Source: an uncultured virus (IMG/VR IMGVR_UViG_3300046007_007003)
Taxonomy: Duplodnaviria > Heunggongvirae > Uroviricota > Caudoviricetes
Direction: 5' to 3' (one strand)
IMG/VR virus record: IMGVR_UViG_3300046007_007003
DNA length: 20,000 bases
A program made the translations under genes and the position numbers. Every line of letters starts with the position of its first letter. The first letter of the stretch is position 1. A model generated the notes under the pieces. It ran no database searches. It was not told the origin of the DNA and worked only from the letters and a program-made list of their open reading frames with translations. Positions 1-7,338 of the stretch are shown here, one piece after another.

Positions 1-1573
1 TCTTGAACTCCTGACGCATCGCGTAGTGCAGGCGCTTGTGGATCGCACTCATCACCCGAGTGCCCTGCTCCAACAGCGCAATCGTCGTCCCAACAGCCGC
101 CTGCTCGTTGCTGTCGCCAACCTTCAGGTCCGTAATCGTCGCAAACCGCTGACCCGCCTGAACCACAAAACCCAACAGGTTCATCAGCGTCGCAGACGGC
201 TCCTTGAACGGCAACGGCATCAATCCGTCCCGAATAGCCCCGCCCGGACTGTCTACATCCCGAAATTCACCCGGCTGGATCGGCGACTCGTCGTCCCTGA
301 TCCGTAGGCCGCGGATCTTGAACCCCGCAGGAAGGTTGGACAGCGTCCCAGCGTCAATCAACTGCCGCAAAGCCGCCGTCGCCGTCCGCGACAACCCACC
401 AATCGTGTGGATCAAGCCCAAACCGTAGAAACCAAAACCCGGCAGGAACTTGTAATGCACGAAATAGTGGATCTTCCGACGCATCGGATCGTCCTCGCGG
501 TAGTTCCGACGTATCGCCAAAACCTTCCCGCTATCCTCAACCACCGTCACAATGTACGGCAGCCGAATCCCAGTCTCCTCGTCATCCTCTCCACGGTCCT
601 CGAACCCCGGAAGGTCCAAATCGACGTGAAATTCTAGCAAAGTCACGTCATAGTCGATGTTCGTCGGGCTCTGACCCTTAATCAGGTCCTCAATCTCGGT
701 CGTGTCGTCCGCACGAGCCGCCGCAGGCTGAACAGGAACGTCCAAATAGAAGCCCGAAACCTGCATCTTGCGGACGTCGTTCCACGGCAGACGGACCATC
801 TGCGCCACAAACGGCGCCGTGGCCAGATCCGAGGCGTCATACGGCACAACCAAGTTCTCAGCAGGCACGAACCGCGAGACAGGACGCCCCAAACTCTCGT
901 CAAAGTAGACTTTTTTGAAGGAACTACCAGCAAGAGGCAAGTGGAAGAGCAACTGATCGAACTCCGGAGTGTACTCCTCCATCTCGTTCATCAGGTAGTA
1001 GTTCATAAAGTCCTTGACGCGCCGCCCTTGGGCCTCTTTTTCCCGCGTCCGATCCCCCAAAACCTGCGTCCGAACCGGACCCTCCGCCGGAAGAAGCTCG
1101 TTGAAGGCCTGTGCCTGAAATTGTGTCGCAGCCTCGGCCAAAAGCGGATGCGTCACACCCGTCGCACCACGGAAAGGCTGCGTCCGCTCCTCGTATTTGA
1201 AGCCCAGAAGCTCCAAACCCTTGGAATATTCCTCCTCCCAGTCCCCACGACTGCCCTTTGCCGCGTCAAATTGCGCCATCAGGTCGTTCGCAAGCACCCC
1301 AAGGTCGGAATCGGTCATAAATTCAGCCAAGTTGGCCGAAAACTCCGCCCCCGCCGCGTCATCGCGTTCGTCAGCGTCAAACTCGACGGTCACGCTACCG
1401 TCGTCCTCCATCTCAATCTCAATGCCCGGAGGCAACGGACGCTCAAGGTCCACCGCCGTTCCGGGCATCTCGATCTCAAGATCCGCCATCATGTCGGCGC
1501 GCATCTCTTCCGACTCAGGGCTCCGAGAACGCTCGACAAAGGAAACAGGCGTATTGCGGGGAGGTATGGCCAT
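1..1573 (-). CDS. Phage portal protein (P22-like portal of HTVC010P/uvMED-type podoviruses), 3' end runs off the window
   Basis: Not in the ORF track because there is no stop in the window. My translation from ATG at 1573 (GGAGA RBS upstream) is open to position 2: MAIPPRNTPVSFVERSRSPESEE...RGDWEEEYSKGLELLGFKYEERTQPFRGATGVTHPLLAEAATQFQAQAFNELLPAEGPVRTQ...LFHLPLAGSSFKKVYFD...FVHYKFLPGFGFYGLGLIHTIGGLSRTATAALRQLIDAGTLSNLPAGFK...IQPGEFRDVD...HKRLHYAMRQEFK. I recognise these motifs from this portal family, and the gene lies downstream of terL. Confidence 0.88.
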   Translation of the reverse strand, partial: MAIPPRNTPVSFVERSRSPESEEMRADMMADLEIEMPGTAVDLERPLPPGIEIEMEDDGSVTVEFDADERDDAAGAEFSANLAEFMTDSDLGVLANDLMAQFDAAKGSRGDWEEEYSKGLELLGFKYEERTQPFRGATGVTHPLLAEAATQFQAQAFNELLPAEGPVRTQVLGDRTREKEAQGRRVKDFMNYYLMNEMEEYTPEFDQLLFHLPLAGSSFKKVYFDESLGRPVSRFVPAENLVVPYDASDLATAPFVAQMVRLPWNDVRKMQVSGFYLDVPVQPAAARADDTTEIEDLIKGQSPTNIDYDVTLLEFHVDLDLPGFEDRGEDDEETGIRLPYIVTVVEDSGKVLAIRRNYREDDPMRRKIHYFVHYKFLPGFGFYGLGLIHTIGGLSRTATAALRQLIDAGTLSNLPAGFKIRGLRIRDDESPIQPGEFRDVDSPGGAIRDGLMPLPFKEPSATLMNLLGFVVQAGQRFATITDLKVGDSNEQAAVGTTIALLEQGTRVMSAIHKRLHYAMRQEFK

Positions 1574-1592
1574 CAGATCTTCTCCAAGAAGC

Positions 1593-1608
1593 CAGACAAA
1601 CCTAACAC
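1593..1608 (-). promoter_or_regulatory. Putative late-promoter motif GTGTTAGGTTTGTCTG (extended -10-like) upstream of portal
   Basis: 14/16 identical to the motif at 4619-4634. Both lie in short intergenic gaps, 19 and 24 nt upstream of a structural-region start codon. Confidence 0.55.
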
Positions 1609-1631
1609 ACAGGCTCTCAACTGGCTAGGCT

Positions 1632-3605
1632 TCACCGCCGGAACATGTCCCTCGCGATTGACGACAAAGACGCAACGCCGCCCTCCGAGAAATACGGAAC
1701 ACGAGGCACCATTACAGGCGTCGGCATGAACCCAACACCGCGCGCGAACTGCGAACCGCGAGCCGCGATGTCGTAAAGGTCGGGAAGACCAATCATCCCG
1801 GGTGTGGGAGCCATGAACGGGTTATACGTCTCAGGGGCATAGGCCACAGGCGGAGGTGCAGTGCCGGGCCCGACAGGAGTAGGACCAACCGGAGTGGGGC
1901 CGACAGGCGTCGGACCGACCGGCGTGGGGCCGACCGGAGTAGGACCAACCGGGGTGGGACCAACCGGGGTGGGACCAACCGGAGTGGGACCAACCGGAGT
2001 GGGACCAACCGGAGTGGGACCGACCGGCGTCGGAGTAGGCGTAGGAGTAGGCGTCGGAACGGGCGTAGGAGTAGGCGTCGGAACGGGCGTCGGACGAGGG
2101 GGAGGAACAGGAATAACCTCCGGCGTCGGCGCAGGTACCGGGCGCGGGGGAGGGACGGGGACAGGCTGACGAACAGGGTCCCTTACCGGCGTCGGACGAG
2201 GGGGAGGAACTGGAACAGGCTCCCTTACCGGCGTCGGACGCGGCGGCGGTACAGGGACAGGCTGACGAGCAGGCGCCGCGGGCAGCGCTCCGGGCTCATA
2301 AATGGGCGGGGTAACGACGATAGTACCCGGGCGTGGCGCCGCGGGAAGGGTACCCACCGGAACCTCGGGCCTACCAGCAACGACAGGCGAAGGAGAAGCC
2401 GCAGGAAGACTGCCCACCGGAACGTTGGGCCTACCAGCAACGACAGGCGAAGGAGAAGCCGCAGGAAGACTGCCCACCGGAACGTTGGGCCTACCAGCAA
2501 CGACAGGCGAAGGAGAAGCCGCGGGAAGGGTACCCACCGGAACCTCGGGCCTACCAGCAACGACAGGCGAAGGAGAAGCCGCAGGAAGACTGCCCACCGG
2601 AACGTTGGGCCTACCAGCAACGACAGGCGAAGGAACCTGTGCGTTCTTGATCGTCGAGGGCTTGGGCGTGGTAGTGAACGTCGGCGCAGGAACAGTGATC
2701 GTTCCAAGGTCGATGACCGGGGGAGCCGCAGGAAGAGATCCCACAGGAACGTCGAACCTTCCCGCAGAAACAGGCGACGACACAGACGGAGCCTGCGTAA
2801 ACGACCCAATGCCCGCCTCAAGATCCCCAAGACTCGGAGCAGGACCCGCATCCGTAGACGTCGACGTCTTGAAACGGTCCAAGGCCCTCGTCACAGCGTT
2901 CGATGCCCTGATAGAAGCGTTGAGAATCGGATTGCCCGAGAGCGCCGTTTGAGTCGGCGACAGAGTCGGACCCGCCAAAACGCCAGCGCCTAAAAGATTA
3001 AGAAGCGCGGACCCCGCTCCGCCAACCACGGACGGCGCTGCCGGCAAGTTCGCCGCAACCGACGGAGCAAGAGATGTCACCCCAGCCCGCGCAGCGTTCA
3101 TAATCACAGGAGCCGCAACCGCCAGCGCAGGAACAGCCGCCTCCGCCGTCCCAATCGGGCTCAAAGAAACCCGGCCACCGCCGGGCCCCGGGCCGACGTC
3201 CGCGGGCCCCGCAAATGGCGACGTTGCCTGAATGCTGCCAACAGGACGCATCGGCGGCGTGACAACGGTCGGACGGGCAGGGGATACAGGTGCGGAGACA
3301 GGGGCCCGGTCATCCCGAGCCACGGAAGGGGTGGTCGTTTTTGCAGGGGTGGTCTTGGCGGGGGTGGATGCCGCAGGCTTTGCAGGCGTCGCCTTGGCCG
3401 GAGTCGACGGGGCCCGGTCATCCCGAGCACTAGAGGGGGCCGGGGTGGCCTTCGCTGGGGTGGCCTTCGCTGGGGTGGCCTTCGCTGGGGTGGCCTTCGC
3501 TGGGGTAGATGCGGCGGGTTTCGTAGGCGTGGACTTCGCCGGAGCCGAAGACGAGGACTTCGGCCCAGCCTGCCCTCCAGACTTCGCTATTTCTCTTGGA
3601 GGCAT
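1632..3605 (-). CDS. Pro/Ala/Thr-rich low-complexity repeat protein, 657 aa, probably virion-associated or ejected; function unknown
   Basis: Long ORF coupled to the upstream gene by a TGATG overlap at 3605. Its repeats (PAKAT, PSPVVAGRPNVPVGSLPAAS, PVPVPPPRP, PTPVG) all have unit lengths divisible by 3, and the PTPVG and PVPVPPPRP copies vary at synonymous positions. It ends in FSEGGVASLSSIARDMFRR. Confidence 0.8.
   Translation of the reverse strand: MPPREIAKSGGQAGPKSSSSAPAKSTPTKPAASTPAKATPAKATPAKATPAKATPAPSSARDDRAPSTPAKATPAKPAASTPAKTTPAKTTTPSVARDDRAPVSAPVSPARPTVVTPPMRPVGSIQATSPFAGPADVGPGPGGGRVSLSPIGTAEAAVPALAVAAPVIMNAARAGVTSLAPSVAANLPAAPSVVGGAGSALLNLLGAGVLAGPTLSPTQTALSGNPILNASIRASNAVTRALDRFKTSTSTDAGPAPSLGDLEAGIGSFTQAPSVSSPVSAGRFDVPVGSLPAAPPVIDLGTITVPAPTFTTTPKPSTIKNAQVPSPVVAGRPNVPVGSLPAASPSPVVAGRPEVPVGTLPAASPSPVVAGRPNVPVGSLPAASPSPVVAGRPNVPVGSLPAASPSPVVAGRPEVPVGTLPAAPRPGTIVVTPPIYEPGALPAAPARQPVPVPPPRPTPVREPVPVPPPRPTPVRDPVRQPVPVPPPRPVPAPTPEVIPVPPPRPTPVPTPTPTPVPTPTPTPTPTPVGPTPVGPTPVGPTPVGPTPVGPTPVGPTPVGPTPVGPTPVGPTPVGPTPVGPGTAPPPVAYAPETYNPFMAPTPGMIGLPDLYDIAARGSQFARGVGFMPTPVMVPRVPYFSEGGVASLSSIARDMFRR
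1867..2030. repeat. 15-bp tandem repeat (~11 units) encoding PTPVG
   Basis: Units such as ggaccaaccggagtg / ggccgaccggcgtg, with wobble-position variation. Confidence 0.95.
2341..2634. repeat. 60-bp tandem repeat, ~5 units in an A-B-B-A-B pattern, encoding a 20-aa repeat
   Basis: The lines at 2341 and 2521 are identical (type A). The lines at 2401, 2461 and 2581 are identical (type B; the last is partial). A diverged copy lies near 2725-2780. Confidence 0.97.
3440..3506. repeat. 15-bp tandem repeat encoding PAKAT
   Basis: ggggtggccttcgct x4 exact, with degenerate copies at ~3330-3400. Confidence 0.95.
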
Positions 3606-4594
3606 CAGACAAACCCCTGACGAAGACCAAACGGATCATCCTGCTGACCCAGTGGGGGCAACCCAAACATCGGCGGCGGAAGTGCCCCTTGCTGACCCTG
3701 AGCCATCCCAAACTGCGGGGCACTCGGCATCGGCGAAGGCATGAACGCACCCGCCGCACCAACCGGCTGGATCGGCGTGAACGCAGGATACTGCGTGATC
3801 GGCGGCTGAACAGGCGGCTCTGGCGTAGGCGGCTGAACAGGCTGCTGACCCACAGTGCCAATCACAGGCATGACAGGCGGAGCCGCAGGCAGTTGCAGCG
3901 CCTCGAAAATCTTCGGCAGATACTCGGCAAAGTTCGTAACGCCACGACCCCGCAAGTACTCCATAATCATCGGCTGAAGCGACTGCTGCGTCTGACCCGT
4001 CAGGTCCTTGCCCTCGGCAAACGCACGCGCCAACTCCTCCGCGGACAAAGCCTGCGAAGCCTGCGAAGCCGCCGGTGCCACAACCTCGCTCCGGTCAATG
4101 CCGCGACCCGCATTCTCCGCAGCCATCCGCTCCATCGTCGCGTCCGTCCGCGCAAAGTAGTCGTCAATCTCCGCCTGCGAGTAACCACGCTCCGCAAGAT
4201 TCTCACGCTGAGCGTCACGGTTGGCAAAAGGATTCGCGGAAAAACCCATGCTGACGTCACGAACAATCCCACTGGGAATTGACTTCACCGCCTCAATGAA
4301 GCCCCTACCCGTGTTCGCGGCACTCGAAACGACGTTCCGCGCCCCAGACGAGGCGTTGCTTCCAGAACCACCCGAAGCCGCAGCACTCTTCTGGGCCATG
4401 CTCCTGTCATAAGAACTGTCCGCAAACGAAACCTTCTGAACGCCCTTGCCCTCAATGTTCACAGACTTGCCGTGATACCCAGCCTCCGCTGCCTCCCGCA
4501 AACTTCCAAAAGTAGGCGAACTACTCGACGCCGCCCCACCGTTCCTCAAACGGACAACGCCATAGTCCGCACCAAGACGCCCACGGTCGATCAT
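3605..4594 (-). CDS. Hypothetical virion-region protein, 329 aa, with low-complexity Ser/Gly and Pro/Gln segments
   Basis: ORF between terL and the Pro-rich gene, with the same G/T-ending codon bias as terL. It has a GGGGG purine tract upstream and a TGATG coupling downstream. N-terminal LRNGG motif. Confidence 0.8.
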   Translation of the reverse strand: MIDRGRLGADYGVVRLRNGGAASSSSPTFGSLREAAEAGYHGKSVNIEGKGVQKVSFADSSYDRSMAQKSAAASGGSGSNASSGARNVVSSAANTGRGFIEAVKSIPSGIVRDVSMGFSANPFANRDAQRENLAERGYSQAEIDDYFARTDATMERMAAENAGRGIDRSEVVAPAASQASQALSAEELARAFAEGKDLTGQTQQSLQPMIMEYLRGRGVTNFAEYLPKIFEALQLPAAPPVMPVIGTVGQQPVQPPTPEPPVQPPITQYPAFTPIQPVGAAGAFMPSPMPSAPQFGMAQGQQGALPPPMFGLPPLGQQDDPFGLRQGFV

Positions 4595-4618
4595 CGACTA
4601 CCCCCGCCAACAGCAAGA

Positions 4619-4634
4619 CTGACAAACCTTACAC
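4619..4634 (-). promoter_or_regulatory. Putative late-promoter motif GTGTAAGGTTTGTCAG
   Basis: Near-copy of 1593-1608, in the gap between terL and the 329-aa gene. Confidence 0.55.
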
Positions 4635-4665
4635 CACTTCCGACACACATTCTAGCCGTAGTAAC

Positions 4666-6117
4666 CTACCCATAATACACAACACGCTGCGAAGGCCCCG
4701 CATCCTCCCGACCCCAGTCGTCCGTCGGCAACTGAACAAAATTCCCCTGACGATACCGCATCAACGCCTGCGTCATACTGTCCACATAGTCGTCATGCTC
4801 CCCGTTCGGAAATGCCGCACACTCCTCAATCACCTCGTGCGCCCACTGCTCGTCCGGAGCCCAAATCATCCCAGCCTCAAACAACGGCGCTATACTGTGC
4901 GCCCGGCTGATCTTGTCCTTCCCACGCGACGGCGTAAAATTCACCACAGGTATCCCCATCTGCCTCAACTCATGCGTCAACGGCGTACCCGTCGCCTTCG
5001 CCTCCACAATCACCGTCTCAGGCTCCCAAAACTTGTACTTCTCCCACGCCACACGCTTCAACTCAGGGAAATCCCACCGACCCTTCTCCGCATCCAATAA
5101 CATCAAACTCGGCATCCCAGCCTCGTTCACCTGAAACACACCCCACGTCGTGATCGCAGAATAATCCGCTAACTCAGACTTCGAAAACGCCGTGTCATAA
5201 CTCTGTATCACATACTGCAACTCCGGGACCTTCGATCCCTCCCAAATCTTCCACCACTCACGCTTCAGTATCGCATTCTCCTCACCCGTCGGATTCTGCT
5301 GATACTGCGCATTCCACTTGCTCGGCGGAATCGACGCACGAACCTTCTCTAACTCACCAACAGGCCAATACTCAGGCCAGCAACTCCGCCCACTCGGCAA
5401 AATAGCAGGTAACTCCAAAACCTCCCAAACATCAGCCCGCGGATCACGAGCCTGAGCCTTCAACAACTGACCCGTCAGATCCTTCTCACTCCACCGCGTC
5501 ATCACCACAATAATCGAACCACCCGGCTGCAAACGCTGCCGAGGTCCACCCGTGTACCAGTCCCAAGCATCCTCAAAACCAGAACTGCTCATCGCAGTCT
5601 GTTCTGAATGTGGGTCATCGATGATCACCAAGTCACCACCACGACCCGCCAAGTTCGACCCAACACCAACAGCATAATACATCCCACCACGGTCCGTGTC
5701 CCACCGACCACTCGCCTTACTGTCCGCCGCCAACCGCACATCAAACACGTCCTTGTAATCATCCCGGTCCAGCAAATTCTTGACCTTCCGGCCAAAACCT
5801 ACCGCCAACTCCGTCGTGTGCGTCGCCTGAATGATCTTCATCGACGGGTTCCGACCCATCATCCAAGCCGGAAACAAGTAACTCGCAAACTCACTCTTCG
5901 TGTGCCGCGGGGCCATGTTCACAATCAAACGCTTCAGCTCACCCCTCGCTACACGCTCCAACCTCTCCGCAATCAAACGATGATGCTCGCCAGCAATGAA
6001 CTCAGGCCAAACAGACCTCACAAACGACAGAAAATCACCCTGAGAACGCTCCCTACGCTCCAACTGCGCAAGCCTCAGTTGAAGTTTCAGAAGTCTCTCG
6101 TCACGGCCCTCGGACAT
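4666..6117 (-). CDS. terL: Terminase large subunit (Terminase_6-type ATPase + RNase H-like nuclease)
   Basis: Walker A variant NMAPRHTKS, Walker B LVIIDDPH, motif III VMTRW, QYQQNP, nuclease QSYDTA and FPNGEHDDYVDS. AGGAGG RBS. Confidence 0.97.
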   Translation of the reverse strand: MSEGRDERLLKLQLRLAQLERRERSQGDFLSFVRSVWPEFIAGEHHRLIAERLERVARGELKRLIVNMAPRHTKSEFASYLFPAWMMGRNPSMKIIQATHTTELAVGFGRKVKNLLDRDDYKDVFDVRLAADSKASGRWDTDRGGMYYAVGVGSNLAGRGGDLVIIDDPHSEQTAMSSSGFEDAWDWYTGGPRQRLQPGGSIIVVMTRWSEKDLTGQLLKAQARDPRADVWEVLELPAILPSGRSCWPEYWPVGELEKVRASIPPSKWNAQYQQNPTGEENAILKREWWKIWEGSKVPELQYVIQSYDTAFSKSELADYSAITTWGVFQVNEAGMPSLMLLDAEKGRWDFPELKRVAWEKYKFWEPETVIVEAKATGTPLTHELRQMGIPVVNFTPSRGKDKISRAHSIAPLFEAGMIWAPDEQWAHEVIEECAAFPNGEHDDYVDSMTQALMRYRQGNFVQLPTDDWGREDAGPSQRVVYYG

Positions 6118-6137
6118 CGGGATACCTCCTGTATGCT

Positions 6138-6166
6138 AAGATATACGACTAAACGCTGGCTTACAA
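6138..6166 (-). promoter_or_regulatory. Sigma70-like promoter for terL: TTGTAA-N17-TATCTT, with AT-rich upstream tract
   Basis: On the minus strand, -35 is at 6166-6161 and -10 at 6143-6138, with exact 17-nt spacing, followed by AGGAGG and ATG at 6117. Confidence 0.65.
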
Positions 6167-6211
6167 AAATACAATACCCGGGGGTAGGGGACCCATGAAG
6201 CCCTTCGTACA

Positions 6212-6227
6212 CGTTTCACGTGAAACA
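6212..6227. promoter_or_regulatory. parS: parS-like centromere palindrome CGTTTCACGTGAAACA
   Basis: 15/16 match to the universal chromosomal parS consensus TGTTTCACGTGAAACA, with a perfect 14-bp core GTTTCACGTGAAAC. Intergenic. Confidence 0.8.
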
Positions 6228-6435
6228 TACGACGGATCGCATACCGTTGGTAGAATTTAGGTACCATTTTTATTTTGGAACGTGATTGTTTGTAACGAAC
6301 ATGGCCCAAGCGCCCGTTCGCTCGGCCACCCGGCCGCGCTGCGCGGCTCGCATCGCGCCGTCACCGGCTGCGCGCCGGTAGCCTCTATTGCGGCCGGGGC
6401 CCCGTGCGCCGGGCGGCGCGGGGCGCGCGCCGGGC

Positions 6436-6463
6436 GGGGCGGATCGCGGATCGCGGATCGCGT
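6436..6463. repeat. 7-bp repeat array (ATCGCGG-type) in GC-rich non-coding DNA
   Basis: ggggcgg atcgcgg atcgcgg atcgcgt. Confidence 0.75.
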
Positions 6464-6617
6464 GCCGGTTGCGCCAGGTCGAGATCCTGGCACAACTGCC
6501 GGTTGGGCGCGGCGCGCTCGATCTCGGCACCGGGATCCAGCTGGCCGGGATCCAGCAAGCGAAAGCCCCGCCCGGCGGACCGGACGGGGCGAGGGCAGGC
6601 CAGCGGATCGCGGCGCG

Positions 6618-6791
6618 TCAGGCGGGGCGCGCGGGCTCGAGCAGGCGGGCGGCGCGCGCCTGCGCGATGTAGCTGCGGGCGGCGGCGATGGCCGCGCGCC
6701 GAACGCCCGGGTTGCGGGCGGCGGCGGCGTAGCGGCGACGGGCGGCGGCGCACGAAAGATCGAGCGCGGACCAATATCCAAGCCGGTTCAT
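6618..6791 (-). CDS. Small basic Ala/Arg-rich hypothetical protein, 57 aa (MNRLGYWSALDLSC...)
   Basis: Start re-called at ATG 6791, which forms an ATGA overlap with the stop of the upstream gene. Confidence 0.55.
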   Translation of the reverse strand: MNRLGYWSALDLSCAAARRRYAAAARNPGVRRAAIAAARSYIAQARAARLLEPARPA

Positions 6792-7030
6792 GCCGCGCCC
6801 CCGACGTTGAAGGCCGCCGCCTGACGCGCGGACCAAGGCCCGCGCTCGAGCGCCGCGATCTCGGCCGCGCGCAGCGGATAGGACCGGCCGCTAGCGTCGA
6901 TCCGTTCCCCGTCGACGATATAGGCGAGTGATCCGCCCGGGGCGCGGGGATCCCCGCACCACCACGCGGAAAAGCGGGAGCGTCGGCCGGGGATCCGGAT
7001 GCCGTGATAAACGTGTGTTGCGTTTGCCAT
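6788..7030 (-). CDS. Hypothetical early protein, 80 aa (MANATHVYHGIRIPGRRSRFSAWW...)
   Basis: Start re-called at ATG 7030 with AGGAGA RBS, downstream of leader-repeat copy 1. Confidence 0.7.
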   Translation of the reverse strand: MANATHVYHGIRIPGRRSRFSAWWCGDPRAPGGSLAYIVDGERIDASGRSYPLRAAEIAALERGPWSARQAAAFNVGGAA

Positions 7031-7046
7031 TGGTAGAGTCTCCTGC

Positions 7047-7099
7047 GGGCGGGATTGCCCGCCCCCACCCTCGCATATCTTCGCAGCATCGGGCAAGCG
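7047..7099 (-). promoter_or_regulatory. Early-gene leader repeat copy 1: CGCTTGC-N15-TATGCGA followed by GGGCGGGCAATCCCGCCC hairpin
   Basis: Plus-strand gcaagcg at 7093-7099, tcgcata at 7071-7077, hairpin at 7047-7064. Matches the copies at 7982 and 9258. Confidence 0.8.
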
Positions 7100-7135
7100 T
7101 TATTTCCAACAAAATAAGGGGCGCGGAGGGCGGGT

Positions 7136-7177
7136 TTCACGGGGCGCGGATCGCTGCCCTCGGGGCGCGGATCGCGG
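7136..7177. repeat. 7-bp repeat array (NNCNCGG x6)
   Basis: ttcacgg ggcgcgg atcgctg ccctcgg ggcgcgg atcgcgg. This is the reverse complement of the unit type at 11358-11406. Confidence 0.7.
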
Positions 7178-7212
7178 GGGCCGGTTTCAGCAAAGCAGGG
7201 GCGGAGGTTGCC

Positions 7213-7265
7213 GTTGTTTATCACTCGATAAATAAGAGGAGGTTGTTTATCACTCGATAAATAAG
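7213..7265. repeat. Exact 24-bp direct repeat x2 (GTTGTTTATCACTCGATAAATAAG), each containing the palindrome TTTATC-N4-GATAAA; operator-like
   Basis: Copies at 7213-7236 and 7242-7265 (period 29 bp), forming an AT-rich island in very GC-rich DNA. Confidence 0.9.
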
Positions 7266-7273
7266 GGCGCGGC

Positions 7274-7307
7274 AAAGAAAAACCCCGCCCGGCTGAACCG
7301 GACGGGG
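7274..7307 (-). terminator. Rho-independent terminator after the beta-clamp-like gene
   Basis: Minus strand CCCCGTCCGG-TTCAG-CCGGGCGGGG-TTTTTCTTT. Confidence 0.85.
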
Positions 7308-7338
7308 CGCGGCGCGCGGCAAGCTCGAGCGGGGCGCG

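Noticed and set aside
26..1729. Plus-strand ORFs over the portal gene, and plus-strand ORFs generally (e.g. 3596-4282, 8184-8954, 12870-14138, 14650-15570)
   Set aside because: They are antisense shadows of well-supported minus-strand genes in GC-rich DNA and have no recognisable motifs.
2341..2634. 60-bp periodic array resembling a CRISPR array
   Set aside because: There are no unique spacers, the units are whole in-frame coding repeats, and no cas genes are present.
5123..5138. Second parS-like sequence (TGTTTCAGGTGAACGA on the minus strand)
   Set aside because: Only 13/16, with broken symmetry, and inside terL codons (VFQVNE). Probably chance.
6257..7275. Long Arg/Pro/Ala-rich ORFs (6257-6781, 6282-6824, 6385-7275, 6404-6931)
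   Set aside because: They result from stop-codon scarcity in very GC-rich repeat DNA, and they cross leaders and heptamer arrays.
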